From Selaginella moellendorffii (lineage: Eukaryota > Plantae > Lycopodiophyta): a DNA stretch of 64,000 bases. The stretch is taken from assembly GCF_000143415.4 (NCBI RefSeq), contig NW_003314446.1, forward strand, positions 47,738 through 111,737. The letters are read 5' to 3'. The notes beneath the pieces were generated by a model. The model did not search any database, was not told the origin of the DNA, and saw nothing but the letters and a program-made list of their open reading frames with translations. The translations under genes were made by a program, and so were the position numbers. Positions 24,568 through 36,442 of the stretch are shown here, in pieces; the first letter of the stretch is position 1; each line of letters opens with the position of its first letter.

Positions 24568-26307
24568 TTACCTCGAGTTCTCACCATTGTCAAACACTCG
24601 CCGCCTAAAGTCCTCCACCATGAGAGGCAGCCCTTCCCTCAGGGAGATCTTGGGCTTCCAGCCAAGGAGTTTCTTGGCTTTGGTGATGTCCGGCTTCCTC
24701 TTGTGTGGATCGTCCTCCGTGTTGTTCCGGAACTCTATCTTTGCCTCTGGATCAATCGTCTCTCGTACCACCTGTGGCATGGCTTTCGATTGCAAACGAC
24801 GGCGTGGAAATTTGGACGTACCTGTGCGAGTTCCAACATGGTGAACTCTCCGGGATTGCCAAGGTTGAAGGGTCCGATGTGCTCGCCTTCCATTAGCCTG
24901 ATAAGCCCTTCAACCTGCATGGTAAACGTGTAAGCTTCGGTCGAAGAAAAACAACGCAAGGTACCAGATCTGACACATATTGAAAGCTCCGAGTTTGCTT
25001 TCCATTCCCGTAGACAGTCATGGCCTCCTTACGTAGAGCCTAAGTCCAACAGCTGTTGTGAATTACAAGGTACGAGCAGAAAGAGCCTTCTTACCTGTGC
25101 AACGAAATTGCTCACTACGCGGCCGTCATCAATGCACATTCGTGGACCATAAGTATTGAAAATTCGGGCAATCCTCACCTGATCATCAGTGATTGCGCAA
25201 GTTGTAATCTCACCACAAACAAAAAAGATCATGCTGAGTTATATCTTACATGGACACTGTCACCTCTGTGATAATCCATGGTCAGCGTTTCAGCAACACG
25301 CTTGCCTTCATCATAGCAACTCCGAACACCTACATCAATAACGCAAGTACCAAAACCAAGTTAGAAGTCACTACTTACGAAGAACAGGTGAAAAACACAG
25401 AACCGAAACATCGATCTTACCAATGGGATTTACGTGACCCCAATAGTCCTCCTTCTGCGGGTGCTCGATCGGATCTCCGTAAACTTCACTGGTACTTGTG
25501 AGGAGAAAACGAGCACCAACACGCTTGGCCAACCCGAGCATGTTAAGCGTTCCCATCACGTTGGTCTTGTAAATGCCTAAGTCAAGGACAAACCAAGCCA
25601 CTTGCAGGACGAGCAACACCACCAAAAACAAAAACCACGGGCAAGCAGCAAAAGAGAGCAAACAAGAGCAAGAAGCAAAAGAAAAGCTTGCCAAGAAAGG
25701 ATATGATCGTCTTCACGGGGTTATACTTGTAGTGGACTGGAGAAGCCGGGCAAGCAAGGTGATAGATCTGGTCCACCTCCAGCAGCAGTGGCTCCACAAC
25801 GTCGTGCCGGATGAGCTCAAACCTGGGATTTCCAACGTGGTGGATCACATTCTCCTTCCTCCCGGTGAAGAAATTGTCCACCACGATCACACTGTCGCCG
25901 CGAGCCATGAGCCTGTCCACCAGATGGCTGCCCACGAATCCAGCCCCGCCGGTCACCACCACTCGCAATGGCTTCCTCCTGAGACCCAACGGGATCTTGG
26001 CGCCCGTGCTAAACACCGCTGGAACAGTGGACACCTGGGGCCTCACCACGATGCGAGTCTCGGCCTCGCGATCAAAGAAGCGCGCCGCGCTGGAGGGACG
26101 ATCGGAATTGCCGAAGTAGCCCGGCTGGACGATGAAGAAGGCGGTGGCCAGCGCCATGCCCAGGAGCACGAACATGAGGCGCTGCTCGCGGATGAGGTAA
26201 TCCACGGGCCGCGGCCATGGCTTGGACGGCTTGGCCGAGTAGTCCTCGGGCGGCGATGGAGCGTCCTCCTCGTGCCGCCGGTGATTCAAGCTCTTGACAT
26301 TCATCAT
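24568..26307 (-). CDS. UXS: UDP-glucuronate decarboxylase (UDP-xylose synthase), membrane-anchored type, 7 exons
   Basis: N-terminal TM segment, [67 protein letters not shown]; exons join in frame. Confidence 0.96.
25569..25704 (-). other. U12-type AT-AC intron (intron 1 of UXS)
   Basis: 5' site ATATCCTTT, branch site TCCTTGAC (25588-25581), 3' end AC; removal gives NPVKTI|KTNVMG. Confidence 0.93.
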
Positions 26308-26639
26308 CTTGGCGGGCCGATCTGATCCCGAATTGCGCGGAAATTCCCAGCCTCACCGCCAAATCCGAGCCGATTGCATTGCCGCGCGGGCAGATCTGGG
26401 CGCTGGAATCTAGATCCCGGGCCAAGAAATCACACCCTAGACGCGGTCAACACCGCCGCCAAGGAATAGAAATTTCTTCTAATCTAAGAGCGCAGAATGC
26501 GAGCGAGCGAGAGATGGAGGAGAAGGAGATCAGGCGAGAAATGCCGCCGCTGCCATCGCCATTCTTCTTCGCTTCGCCGCAGTGTAACGGACTAGCGCCA
26601 AACCCATGACCTAAACGCCGAGGACTAATTCCACACAGG

Positions 26640-27990
26640 CGCATATTCGAGGATATACACAAGCGCATACGCATATTCTAGAATATACGTCAAGCTTTAG
26701 GCTGAATATTTTCGAATATTCTTCTTCTATGCGGTCAATTCTCCACACAAGCAAAGAAATCAGACAAACCAAGAGAGATCCCTAAACAACCAGAACTCAT
26801 TATAGAACACCCCGTGCACTCACATCCAGGGCCCATTACTTCTCTCTTACCCTTGCCCACTTGCCACATTAGCACTTGGTTAGGGCTAAACCAAATTGCG
26901 TCACTAGTGTCACGTAATTGTCTTTCCCCTATTAAAATTTGTGTGTCTTCACAGAAGACAGAATATCAAATCTGTACTATGTACCAAGAAACAAATGTTA
27001 TGCATGCTTTCTTCCTAAATTACAAACCCATTTTCTCCTCTTACATGTGTCATATCTACAGATCGAACCTCAACCTCCATACTCCAAGCCAAGCTAACAT
27101 CCACTTACAGTACATTACTCACACTCATTCTTATCTTGCTAAGATAACTAGCCACCAGAATCAAAAGCAACTCTCTGCAATCTTCTACATAAACTTGAAA
27201 GAATTTTGAGCCACCATAGTTTGTTGATTTCAAAGCATTACAGCCTGCCCACCCTAGCCCTATGACAATTTGCTCAGTAAATACAACCTTTGGGATTTTC
27301 TCTCCCTCATTTTTTCAGCATTTACTTGCCATTCTCCCAAAAACGAAAAGCTAGCATGCTACAACATTAGCCACACTAGCCACAATAAGCTTCCTCTCAC
27401 GGGGTGTTTAAATAACTCTCTTATTTGGCTCATTTGCTATGCCTCAAAAATTAAGCCTTTTGCCTTGATTTGCTGCATTACTTTCCAGCAATGCCCTTAG
27501 CATTTTCACTGAAAATCTCTGATGCCACACAAAACAAGCTCCGTTTACATTGCTCAAATTAGCAACCACTTATGATGCTCAATTTAGCAATCATCAGTTT
27601 TCCACAAATGGTCCAAGAATGGATAGCCACACAGTGCTCATGAGAGCATTCAGCAATGTGGCTGCCCCTCCCACCAAAACAGAGACCGACTCTCCCTCCA
27701 TTCATGGACACAAGCAAAGAAACCAGAGAAACCAAGAGAGATTCATCTTTGATCCACCAAAACTCACTACAGAACACCCCATGTGCTCACATCCAATGTC
27801 TATTGCTTCTCTCTTCCCATCTTCCTTCTCCAACCAAAAACCCTCACTCGCCCACTTGCCACATCAGCACTCAGTTAGGGCTCAACCAAAACTAGCCCAT
27901 TCCAAAAGCGCATAATCGCGAATATACTTCTACCTTAACAAAGGCGAATATTCGAAAACATAACAAAAGCGAATATTCGAAAACGTGAAA
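26640..27990. repeat. Non-coding insertion-like region with direct repeats (~26745-26895 and ~27708-27890) and clustered GAATATTCG-like motifs at both flanks
   Basis: ACACAAGCAAAGAAA...GCCCACTTGCCACAT.AGCACT..GTTAGGGCT.AACCAAA occurs twice. Confidence 0.55.
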
Positions 27991-28057
27991 AACTAGGGCT
28001 ACTGAAACAGGGTAAAGTTGGCATATTCTTCTAGGGCTTCTAGAAGTGGTAAATCGT

Positions 28058-29371
28058 TTATACAGGGGTGAAAAGTGCGACGCACTTTGAGAAGAATCCT
28101 TTGCCAGACGAGGAAGAAACGTGGGCCTCAATTTCTTCATCGCCATCGCTGTCCTCCTCTTCCTCCTCTAGTCCCTCTTGATCTTGGATCGCGTCCCACC
28201 ACACCTCCTCCTCCTCCTCCTCCTCACGGTGGGCAGCCGGGAGTGGCAATCCGCGCGACGACCGCGCCGCCATTCTCACGTCAAACGCCGCCTCCTCGCC
28301 GCGCACGCCTCGCACGACAAACTCGTGCGCGCCGATGGATTCAATCCCGGCGAAGCGCGCGTGATCGTGCGCCGCGGAGAGAGAGTCCACGGCAAAAGAA
28401 TCGAAGCAATCAACCCCCTTCTTCATCGATCGCGCGTCCCAGAACGCAACCGCGGCAGGGGAACAGTAGATCCCGCCCAATCCACCGCCGATTCCAGCGC
28501 CCATTGCCACGCCCTGGATCGAGAGCTTGGACGCGGAGAAGCTCCTCGCGCATTCGCCCGTGGCCACATCCCAGATGCTCAAGTAGCCATCGCTGGATCC
28601 CGCGGCCACCGCGTCCAAGAAGTGGCCATCGCTCACGCCCAGCGCCGTCACGAATCCTTGCTCCTCCGGGAGGTACCAGTTCTCCAAGATCTTTTGCTTG
28701 GAGCTCCCCCATAGCTTCACCACCTCGTTCTTGGCCTTGGCGAGGTAATGCGGTCCCTTGGCCACGATTGTCCTCGCCTTGCCGCGATGATCACCCAGCA
28801 TAGATTTCACTGCGCGCTTCCATTCTGGATCTAGCTCGCCGCGAAGAGCATCCCATTCCTTGCCCGATTGCCGGTACCAATCCTCTTCGCTCGGCATTAG
28901 CGGCTGGAGCAGAGAATTCGCCCATTCCGGAACCTTGAAGCTCCAGGAAGCCCCCTCATCCTCTCCTTCCTCCCATGGCCACTCTGCTGCGCGATCGAGC
29001 TCCACGCCCTTGCACACGAAATTCCCCTCCCCCAATCTCTCCAGCGGGCTCCATTCCCTCGCCGGGCGAGCAGCCACTGGAAAATCCTCCGCAAAATCTC
29101 TCCCCGCCGCGAATGAATCCGGAATCGCAGCATCCAAATCCTCCTTGCTCTCGCAACACGCCGACGAGGGCGGTGGAGCCTTGAGCTCCACGCTGAGAGC
29201 GCCATCGCTGCTGCGAGAAAGCCCTAGCGAGATCCTCCTCAGGCGCTTGTGCACGAGAACCATCGCCGCGGCGGCCACAATCCAAGCCCACCTTCCCACG
29301 CGCTCCACCACGATCATCCATAGCTCCTGAGCGGAGCAAAATTCCATCACTACCATTCTTCCTTCCTTCAA
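28058..29371 (-). CDS. Intronless WD40-repeat protein with an N-terminal hydrophobic segment
   Basis: 437-aa ORF; HRGKARTI...VVKLW, AAGSSDGYLSIWDVATGEC, VAFWDARS; start codon uncertain. Confidence 0.7.
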   Translation of the reverse strand: MKEGRMVVMEFCSAQELWMIVVERVGRWAWIVAAAAMVLVHKRLRRISLGLSRSSDGALSVELKAPPPSSACCESKEDLDAAIPDSFAAGRDFAEDFPVAARPAREWSPLERLGEGNFVCKGVELDRAAEWPWEEGEDEGASWSFKVPEWANSLLQPLMPSEEDWYRQSGKEWDALRGELDPEWKRAVKSMLGDHRGKARTIVAKGPHYLAKAKNEVVKLWGSSKQKILENWYLPEEQGFVTALGVSDGHFLDAVAAGSSDGYLSIWDVATGECARSFSASKLSIQGVAMGAGIGGGLGGIYCSPAAVAFWDARSMKKGVDCFDSFAVDSLSAAHDHARFAGIESIGAHEFVVRGVRGEEAAFDVRMAARSSRGLPLPAAHREEEEEEEVWWDAIQDQEGLEEEEEDSDGDEEIEAHVSSSSGKGFFSKCVALFTPV

Positions 29372-29917
29372 GAAAGAGAGCTTCTCTTCCTTTTCTTCCT
29401 TCGTGCTCGTTCCCCCCTTCCTTTGCTTTATATACGCTAGTGACCTTTTTCACATTCCGGCCACGTGTCACGATCGTTGTGGCTAGGCTGCGCAGATCAG
29501 GAGCAATGACGAGGCGCCACGTCGGCGGCGAGGCATATGCCGGCGCAGAGATATTCGCATTTCCATGATTCGTAGTGTTAAATTTTTGTAGCTATCATAT
29601 CGTATACGTCTTTGGCACATTTCTGGAATGGACTGTAGCGATGGGTGTGATACGTTGGCTCTTGCGTGTGCCTGGACTGGAGATAAGATATCCACAAAAT
29701 CAAAACCATGGAAATATAGTAGCTTATACTTTTGTTCCTGGCTTAGCCGATGATAAATCCACACCAGAGAACTTTAAATCTCTCCCACTTGCACGGGGAT
29801 CATCGAAATCCTGGAGAGTGAACTTTAGAAGTTTTAAAATCGAGTGATCCAATCCAATCCAGAATATTGCTTGCAATGATCATACTCACAGTTCTTTTGA
29901 TACCTCGGCCTATGATC

Positions 29918-32900
29918 TCACACTTCTTTGTTCGTCGACGTCTCGTAGATTCCTGCCATCAACACATAAGCCGAGGATAAATCCACACTCAAGCTCGCCA
30001 TCCTCTCAAACGCAAGCTTTCCCACCTCTAAATTCCTCCACTTGCTGCACGCACTCAAGAGTGTCATCCAAGTCACGGCATCCGGCTCGTAAGCCATCGC
30101 TTCCACCATCGCCACTGCATCTTCCAGCTCGTTAGCACGACCGAGAATATCAATCATGCAATGGTAGTGCTGGATACCTGGAGTAACTCCATACTTGGAG
30201 CTCATCGCCTTGAAGTAACTCTTGCCTTTGGCAACCAGGCCGGCATGGTTGCAAGCGCTGAGCAAACTCACGAAAGTTACACCGTCGGCCCGGAGACCAT
30301 CCTGCTGGAGCATCATATGAAACAGATCTTCCACCGCGGCTGCTTCTCCCAAGCGGCTGTGTCCTGCTATAACTGAGTTCCAAGTTACCAGATCACGGGA
30401 AGAACTTCCGAGTGTCTCAAAGAACAGTCGACAGCTAACCAAGCTTCCAGATTTCCCATAAACATCGACTAAACCGGTCGCAAGGTGCACGTTGTCTTCC
30501 AGACCACTTCTGCAAATCGAAGCATGGACACCTCGCAAGCTTTCCAGTCTAGAACAGGCCTTGATTGCCGCTCCATAAGTCTGAGCGTTTGGTGATATCT
30601 GCAGCTCTTGCATGCTCGTGAACAAAGCCAGTGCTGACTCTGGATCTCCATTCTCTGCGTACCCCAGCAGCAAAGAGTTCCACACCACGACATCCCTGCG
30701 AGCTGCTTTGTCGAAAACTCGTTGAGCGTCGGCCAAGCTGCCGCAGTTGGAGTACATGCTGATCAGAGCGCTCGCAACGTAAACGTCCTTGGAATCATAC
30801 TCGTGCTTCGCAGCCTGGGAGTGTAGAGCCTTCCCAGTCGAGAGTTTTCGTTGGATAGCACAAGCTTTGAGCGCCGCAACAAGCGTCAAGGCATCACCTT
30901 CGCAGCCTTCGGTTTGCATCCTGGCGAAAAGTTCCAAGGCCTCGTCTCCTCGACCTGCATCGACATATCCCAGCATTAGCGAGGTCCATGAAACCAAGCT
31001 GCGGCAGGCAAGAGTATCAAATACCTTTCTCGCCTCCTCCAGGCTTCCACACTTGGCATAGAAGTCCACAAGCGTGTTAGCCAGACATATATCCGAGTCA
31101 TAACCAGCCTCCAATACTTGGAAATGGATGTTCCTCCCTTTCTTCAGCAAACGATCTCTCACACGCTCGTCCTCCTCACTTCTCACTGCACAGAAAACAC
31201 AGGCCTTTAGTACCGCAGCAAAAGATAAAGGATTTGGCAGCAAACCATCGTGGAGCATGCGAGAGAAAAGCTCCAGAGCCGCAGAAGCCTCACCATTGTC
31301 CGTGAGTCCCAGCAGCAGTATGTTCCACGAAACAAGACTCCGGCGGTCTCTGATGCTGTGGAACACCTTCCGAGCCTCGGTAATGCTTCCACACTTGCAA
31401 TACATGTTTACCAGCGAGCTTGCGACATAACCATCAGAATCGAGCCCCGACTTCACAGCATCAAAGTGGACTGCCTTTCCTTTCTCCAGAGCTTCCGCCT
31501 TGAAAGCTTTGCTCTCGCTGAAAGCTTTTCCTTCTTCCTCTTGTTCTTGGTCTTCTCTCAAAGCTAGACTCGTGCAGGCCTTGAGAGCAGCCACAAAGCT
31601 GAGAGAGCTCGCTGGACACTTCCGGCGCATCAAACCAAACATCTCCAAGGCCAGATTTTCCTTGCCATTCTCCGCGTAGCCGAGAATCATCGCATTCCAG
31701 GACACAACATCCGGGCACGGCATCTTGTCGAACACCATCTTCGCATCAGCCAAGCTCCCGCACTTCGCATAAACGTCCACCAGCGTGTTTGCTACAAAGT
31801 TATCGTCCGTAAACCCGGCCTCTGCAGCTCGAGAACGAAGAGCCGTGATTTTTTCCAGCACCACGCCATTCTCTTTTGGAGAGCTTCTGGCAAGAGTGGA
31901 GCAAGCCTTGAGTGCCGCAACGTACGTGAGGCCATTTGGCTGACAGGCTCGCGGAGGCCGCATCAAAGCAAAGAGCTCCAAAGCCACATCTCCTTCACCA
32001 TTCTCGACATATCCAAGCAGCAACGCGTTCCACGAAACAACACTGCGATCCGGCATCCTCTCAAACACTTCTCTCGCTTCGGCCATGCTCCAGCACTTGG
32101 CATACATGTCGATCAGCGAGTTTGAGACAAAGTTCTCGAGCTCGCAACCACTTTTCCTGGCTTGCAGATGGAGAAACTTGCCTCTTTCCAAGGCCCGGAC
32201 TTTCACAAGCCTCCCATCAACCTGTCTGCCTTGTTCTCTCACCGCCAGGCAAGAGCTAGCCTTGAGAGCCGCCACAAAGCTCAGAGAATCCGCCAAGCCT
32301 TGCTGCTGCATGACAGAAAAGAGCTCGAGAGCACTCTCCGGTTCTTCGTTGTCGACGTACCCCAGGAGCAAAGAGTTCCACGACACGACGTTTTTGTTTC
32401 CTCGAGCACCACCTCTCTCGTCAAAAACTTTGCGAGCATCTTCCATGCTCCCACACCTCGCGTAGAAATTCACCAGGCTACTCGACACAAAAGCATCCCT
32501 GTCGAATCCAAACTTGGCAGCTCCAGCGTGAAAATCCCTGCCTCTCTCCAGCAAAACCATCTTTCTCTCCCGGCCTAGTTCTTTCATCGCCATCTTCGTG
32601 CAAGCCTTGATAGCAGCGACGAAAGTGAGAGCATCCGGCCTCCAGCCTTGAGACACCATCTCCGCTATCATCTCCAAGCAGAGCTCCTCCTCCCCATTCT
32701 CGGCATAGCCGAGAAGCAAGGAATTCCACGACACCACCGTTCGCCGAGCGCTGCTCATCCTGTCAAAAACTCTCCTGGCATCCGCCATGCTTCCACACTT
32801 TGCATACATATTTACCAGGCTGTTTAGAACATAGGTGTCGGAGTCGTGCCTCTCTCGGATCGCTTCCAAATGGAGCGCCTTCCCGGCCCTCAAATCCCTG

Positions 32901-33019
32901 GATCGGCTACACGCCTTCAATGCCGCCAGTAGCCTGTTCTTCCCCGCATTCCCTGCTCCATCGCTGAGAAGCGGGACAGAATTCTCAGAAATGGAAGCAG
33001 GCCCCGGCAGCTCGCGCAT
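29918..33019 (-). CDS. PLS-class PPR protein with E domain and no DYW; L motifs carry long insertions
   Basis: 1033-aa ORF with repeated LVxMYxKCGS..A..VF / VSWN motifs; ends HY.CMIDILGRA..PDAVTWMTLLSAC. Confidence 0.95.
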   Translation of the reverse strand: MRELPGPASISENSVPLLSDGAGNAGKNRLLAALKACSRSRDLRAGKALHLEAIRERHDSDTYVLNSLVNMYAKCGSMADARRVFDRMSSARRTVVSWNSLLLGYAENGEEELCLEMIAEMVSQGWRPDALTFVAAIKACTKMAMKELGRERKMVLLERGRDFHAGAAKFGFDRDAFVSSSLVNFYARCGSMEDARKVFDERGGARGNKNVVSWNSLLLGYVDNEEPESALELFSVMQQQGLADSLSFVAALKASSCLAVREQGRQVDGRLVKVRALERGKFLHLQARKSGCELENFVSNSLIDMYAKCWSMAEAREVFERMPDRSVVSWNALLLGYVENGEGDVALELFALMRPPRACQPNGLTYVAALKACSTLARSSPKENGVVLEKITALRSRAAEAGFTDDNFVANTLVDVYAKCGSLADAKMVFDKMPCPDVVSWNAMILGYAENGKENLALEMFGLMRRKCPASSLSFVAALKACTSLALREDQEQEEEGKAFSESKAFKAEALEKGKAVHFDAVKSGLDSDGYVASSLVNMYCKCGSITEARKVFHSIRDRRSLVSWNILLLGLTDNGEASAALELFSRMLHDGLLPNPLSFAAVLKACVFCAVRSEEDERVRDRLLKKGRNIHFQVLEAGYDSDICLANTLVDFYAKCGSLEEARKVFDTLACRSLVSWTSLMLGYVDAGRGDEALELFARMQTEGCEGDALTLVAALKACAIQRKLSTGKALHSQAAKHEYDSKDVYVASALISMYSNCGSLADAQRVFDKAARRDVVVWNSLLLGYAENGDPESALALFTSMQELQISPNAQTYGAAIKACSRLESLRGVHASICRSGLEDNVHLATGLVDVYGKSGSLVSCRLFFETLGSSSRDLVTWNSVIAGHSRLGEAAAVEDLFHMMLQQDGLRADGVTFVSLLSACNHAGLVAKGKSYFKAMSSKYGVTPGIQHYHCMIDILGRANELEDAVAMVEAMAYEPDAVTWMTLLSACSKWRNLEVGKLAFERMASLSVDLSSAYVLMAGIYETSTNKEV

Positions 33020-34150
33020 TCTTCCAGTAGAGCATCCGGAAGCTCTCGCAAATGTGGCAAGCGACCATCGCCGGGGGAATCAAGCAGAGCTCTCCATTGC
33101 CATGAACCCTAAACATTTGACGGTTTATGCTGGCATCTTTTCAATTAACGGAATCTTCTTAGGCGTCTTAGCTGTAAGACGCATAACTTCAAGTCGAGTT
33201 CAAAGCTGTGCAAAAGCTCTCGATGGGAAGCTGCGACAAACAAAGTTAGATCGTGAAATACTTTATATTGCCTGATACGAGCATTGCTTATATGGTCTGT
33301 AGCTCCGAATGGGAAATCCTTGCACGCTCTCAGCACTCTCAGAACTCTCGCAAGACTCTCATGCTATCACAAGCTTCCTCGACTCAGAGTCATACAAGAA
33401 ATCCCACACTTGGGACACAAGTTCTAGGCCAAACAGCTGCAAGCTATCAAGGCCTTCAGAGATGCTCATGTCTTTAGTATCAAATCAACCAGAAGGGAGA
33501 CATTCCTGGCTTTGGTTGCGAGCCAAGTCACACAGGTAGAGGTAGGGAATCAAGGAAAGAGAGAGTGGTATTGAAGAGCCTAGACTACTTTTAAACACTG
33601 GGGTAATAACTTCAACTCAGAAGTGAGAACCCAAAGTACAGACTTATATACTAGCTATCCAGTCTTTAACTCCATGATTTTCCTTCCTCGCCTTAACTGA
33701 AAGATGCCCGCGCAAGACGTCATTGGGTATCCTCTCGCCGCCTGTCCGCTCCAATGTAATTTCCCTCAATCTCCCCTCGCACCATCGGCCAGAACCTCTC
33801 TGGCAGACCACAAGTCTTGAGAATTTCCACTAATGATTGGATTGGTGGCATACTTCTGATTGTCGATCTGCCCTTGTAAGTGATTTCTGAGTGATCAAAC
33901 TAGTCATTTCCATATAATGTTTAACTTAGAATTCTAATGAGAGCTGAGAAACTATGACTCAAGTCTCAAAAACATCGAATGATAGATACTTCTCCTAAGC
34001 TCCAAACTCGTATCATACTTATATCAGTGACTGGAAGGACTTACTTGGACAAGCTTAAGCTTCTGGACCTGGGGTGAATCATTGTTCCTTTATCAACTTC
34101 AATTACCTTTCAAAATACTTTACAGTCTATGTAAAAGATTGTTATATAGA

Positions 34151-35933
34151 TTACTCTTCTTCACATTCTCGTACAGTATTAAGCAGCCAAGACTCCACAA
34201 ACAAATGAACATTTGAATCATCCACAACACCTAGTAGGCCTTGTTTGACAGTTTGATTATAAACTTTCCTCTTCTTTGTCGGATGAAGAGGAAAATCTGG
34301 TTTCACCTTTTCCAAGTTCATGTAGGCACTAGTCACCACTAACTTAACATGGTGGGGAAAATCTTGGATTAGCTTGGCAGCCTTAGCGTCTTTCGGATTC
34401 TTGATTGTCTTCGTGCCATGACGAAATAGCTTCTCAAATTTAACATATCGTTTGCCTCTCTAAAGGTCCTGTCGGATGTTTTCATTTGTGCCGCACAAAT
34501 AACCAGCTCCTCATCCCCGTCTTTATCATCCACCAAGTTGAGGAAGAACCATATATCTGGTCCAGCATTTGCGTTGTCAGCTGTGGAGAAGAAGGTATAG
34601 GAGAAACCATGTCGATTCTGCACGCTCTCAATCCAGTCTAGAAGCCTGAAGTCTTCAGATTCTACTCCGAGAGGCGTCTTTAAATCCAAGGCGGGCCTAA
34701 TTAGATGAGTTTTCTTTTCATAGATCTTCGGGACTGCCGTGTTCCACAAAGAGAAGAAGTGTGAAAGGCAAATGCCAGTCGTTGAGTGATCATTTCTGGA
34801 ACCGAGACTTCATAAGCTTTCTCCCTACTCTTATTGCAGGAAGATTGTTCCTTATAAAATTGCCACAGCGCCATTAAAACAAGTGGTTCCCAGATCTCCA
34901 CCTTCCATGACTTGTCTCCATCACCAACAATATCCTCCCCATCCTGAATCCATTGGACTCGTTTCCCATATTCTCCTTTATAAACCACCCTGGCCAATCC
35001 AAATTCTATAAGTGACAAAGTGGGGTTGATCGCAACCATCTTCCTGCTCCCGAAAAACATGTTCATCACCGCACTTTGTACCGAAGCTTTTGCTGCCTCT
35101 GCCTCGCTGCTGGGGACTCCTGCAAAGAAGCTGTATATATCATCCAAGACTGTCCTGTTTATGCTGAACAGAATGCGTCGCCGATCCACCACACTCGAGG
35201 CCACTACACCCCTCTTTGTGCCTAACTCCACCATTAACATCTGTGTCAACTCTGATGCCAATGGATTCACCATGATACAATTCTCCAAAGCAGTAGCAAA
35301 TGTCCGATGCCTCCCTTGAAACAAGAGCTGCAGCCTCTGGAAGTCCAGGATGCTACAATCGTCCAGTATGCGAGCAGCAAACTGCTGCAACGCTTGAGAA
35401 TTCCGAAATCCTCCCAGATTAGTAATGTTAACATGACGATGCTTTGGAGTCTGCCAAAACAAAACTATCAACCAACTAGGGAGATAGGAAGCTCAAAGTT
35501 TACCTTGGCCAACTGAGTGGCCACACGAAGAAGTGACCTTCCCCTCCCAGCAAAGTATACAGTGTTACTGAAGCAGCAAACTTGTCCAGCATCGATTGGT
35601 TGAGTCCACTTCCTGATGTAAATCGGCCAGTTAGGTACTTCATCGTCTAATATGAGAGGACCACTCCATGTGTAGCGGTACCCACGCTCATATTCAGCAC
35701 TTCTAGCTCTGCAACTGTGGTTGCCAACTCCAGGATTCTCCCTGTTAAATACCACCACGGGTCATGTTCAGGGTACTTGAGATGTTGATGCACCACTTGG
35801 TTGAAGAGGAATGTCAAGTTATTGGTTCCAAACTTGTCATGGATGAAGGGCCTTACCAGCAGTACAACCTTGAGACAAATAGCCAGAGAGAACATGGGGA
35901 TTTCACCTGTCAGATATATCCACTCCAAGGCAT
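34151..35933 (-). pseudogene. Crinkler/RHS (CR)-type NTPase plus REase-fold effector-like pseudogene, 3' part
   Basis: ILDDEV, RSLL, LFQGRHRTFA, LIEFGLAR, EPLVLMA, KAYE, AGPDIWFFL...AAQMK (PD..QxK); several frameshifts. Confidence 0.65.
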
Positions 35934-36169
35934 TGTGAGACACAAAATCCCTGGGCCCTAAAGTGAAGCTGAAAAGGCACCACGTGGTAGTGGCTGAAGT
36001 GAAAGTTAAACGAATGTAGCACGTTTGGACTAAAAGTTCCGACTTGAAAAGTTTGAGAGTGGGAGTGGAACTCCTAACGAAGGGCTCGAGGAACAAGCAC
36101 GAAATGAAAGATAAGCGAGTCTCTAAAAAAAAGACACAAGAGGACCGACACATGACACATGGAAGTGTT

Positions 36170-36442
36170 CGAGATGGACCCGAGATGGAGTCCGAGATGG
36201 ACCCGAGATGGAGTCCGAGATGGAGTTCGAGATGGATCCAAGATGGAGTCCGAGATGGAGTCTGAGATGGACCCGAGATGGAGTCTGAGATGGACCCGAG
36301 ATGGATCTGAGATGGAGTCCGAGATGGAGTCCGAAGTCGAGACCAAGACCGGAATCGAGACCGGGACCGAGACCGAGACCAAGGCCGAGGCCGAGACCAA
36401 GCCCGAGCCCAAGTCCGAGTCCGAGTTCGAGTTCGAGTCTGA
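36170..36442. repeat. LTR-internal minisatellite: 12-bp GAGATGGASYCC units followed by 6-bp GAGACC/GAGTCC units (also at 9110-9428 and 41626-42022)
   Basis: Direct reading; array length differs among the three LTR copies. Confidence 0.92.

Noticed and set aside
29918-30200. DYW deaminase domains at the PPR C-termini
   Set aside because: None of the five PPRs has HxE/CxxC or a DYW end; they stop at or before E/E+
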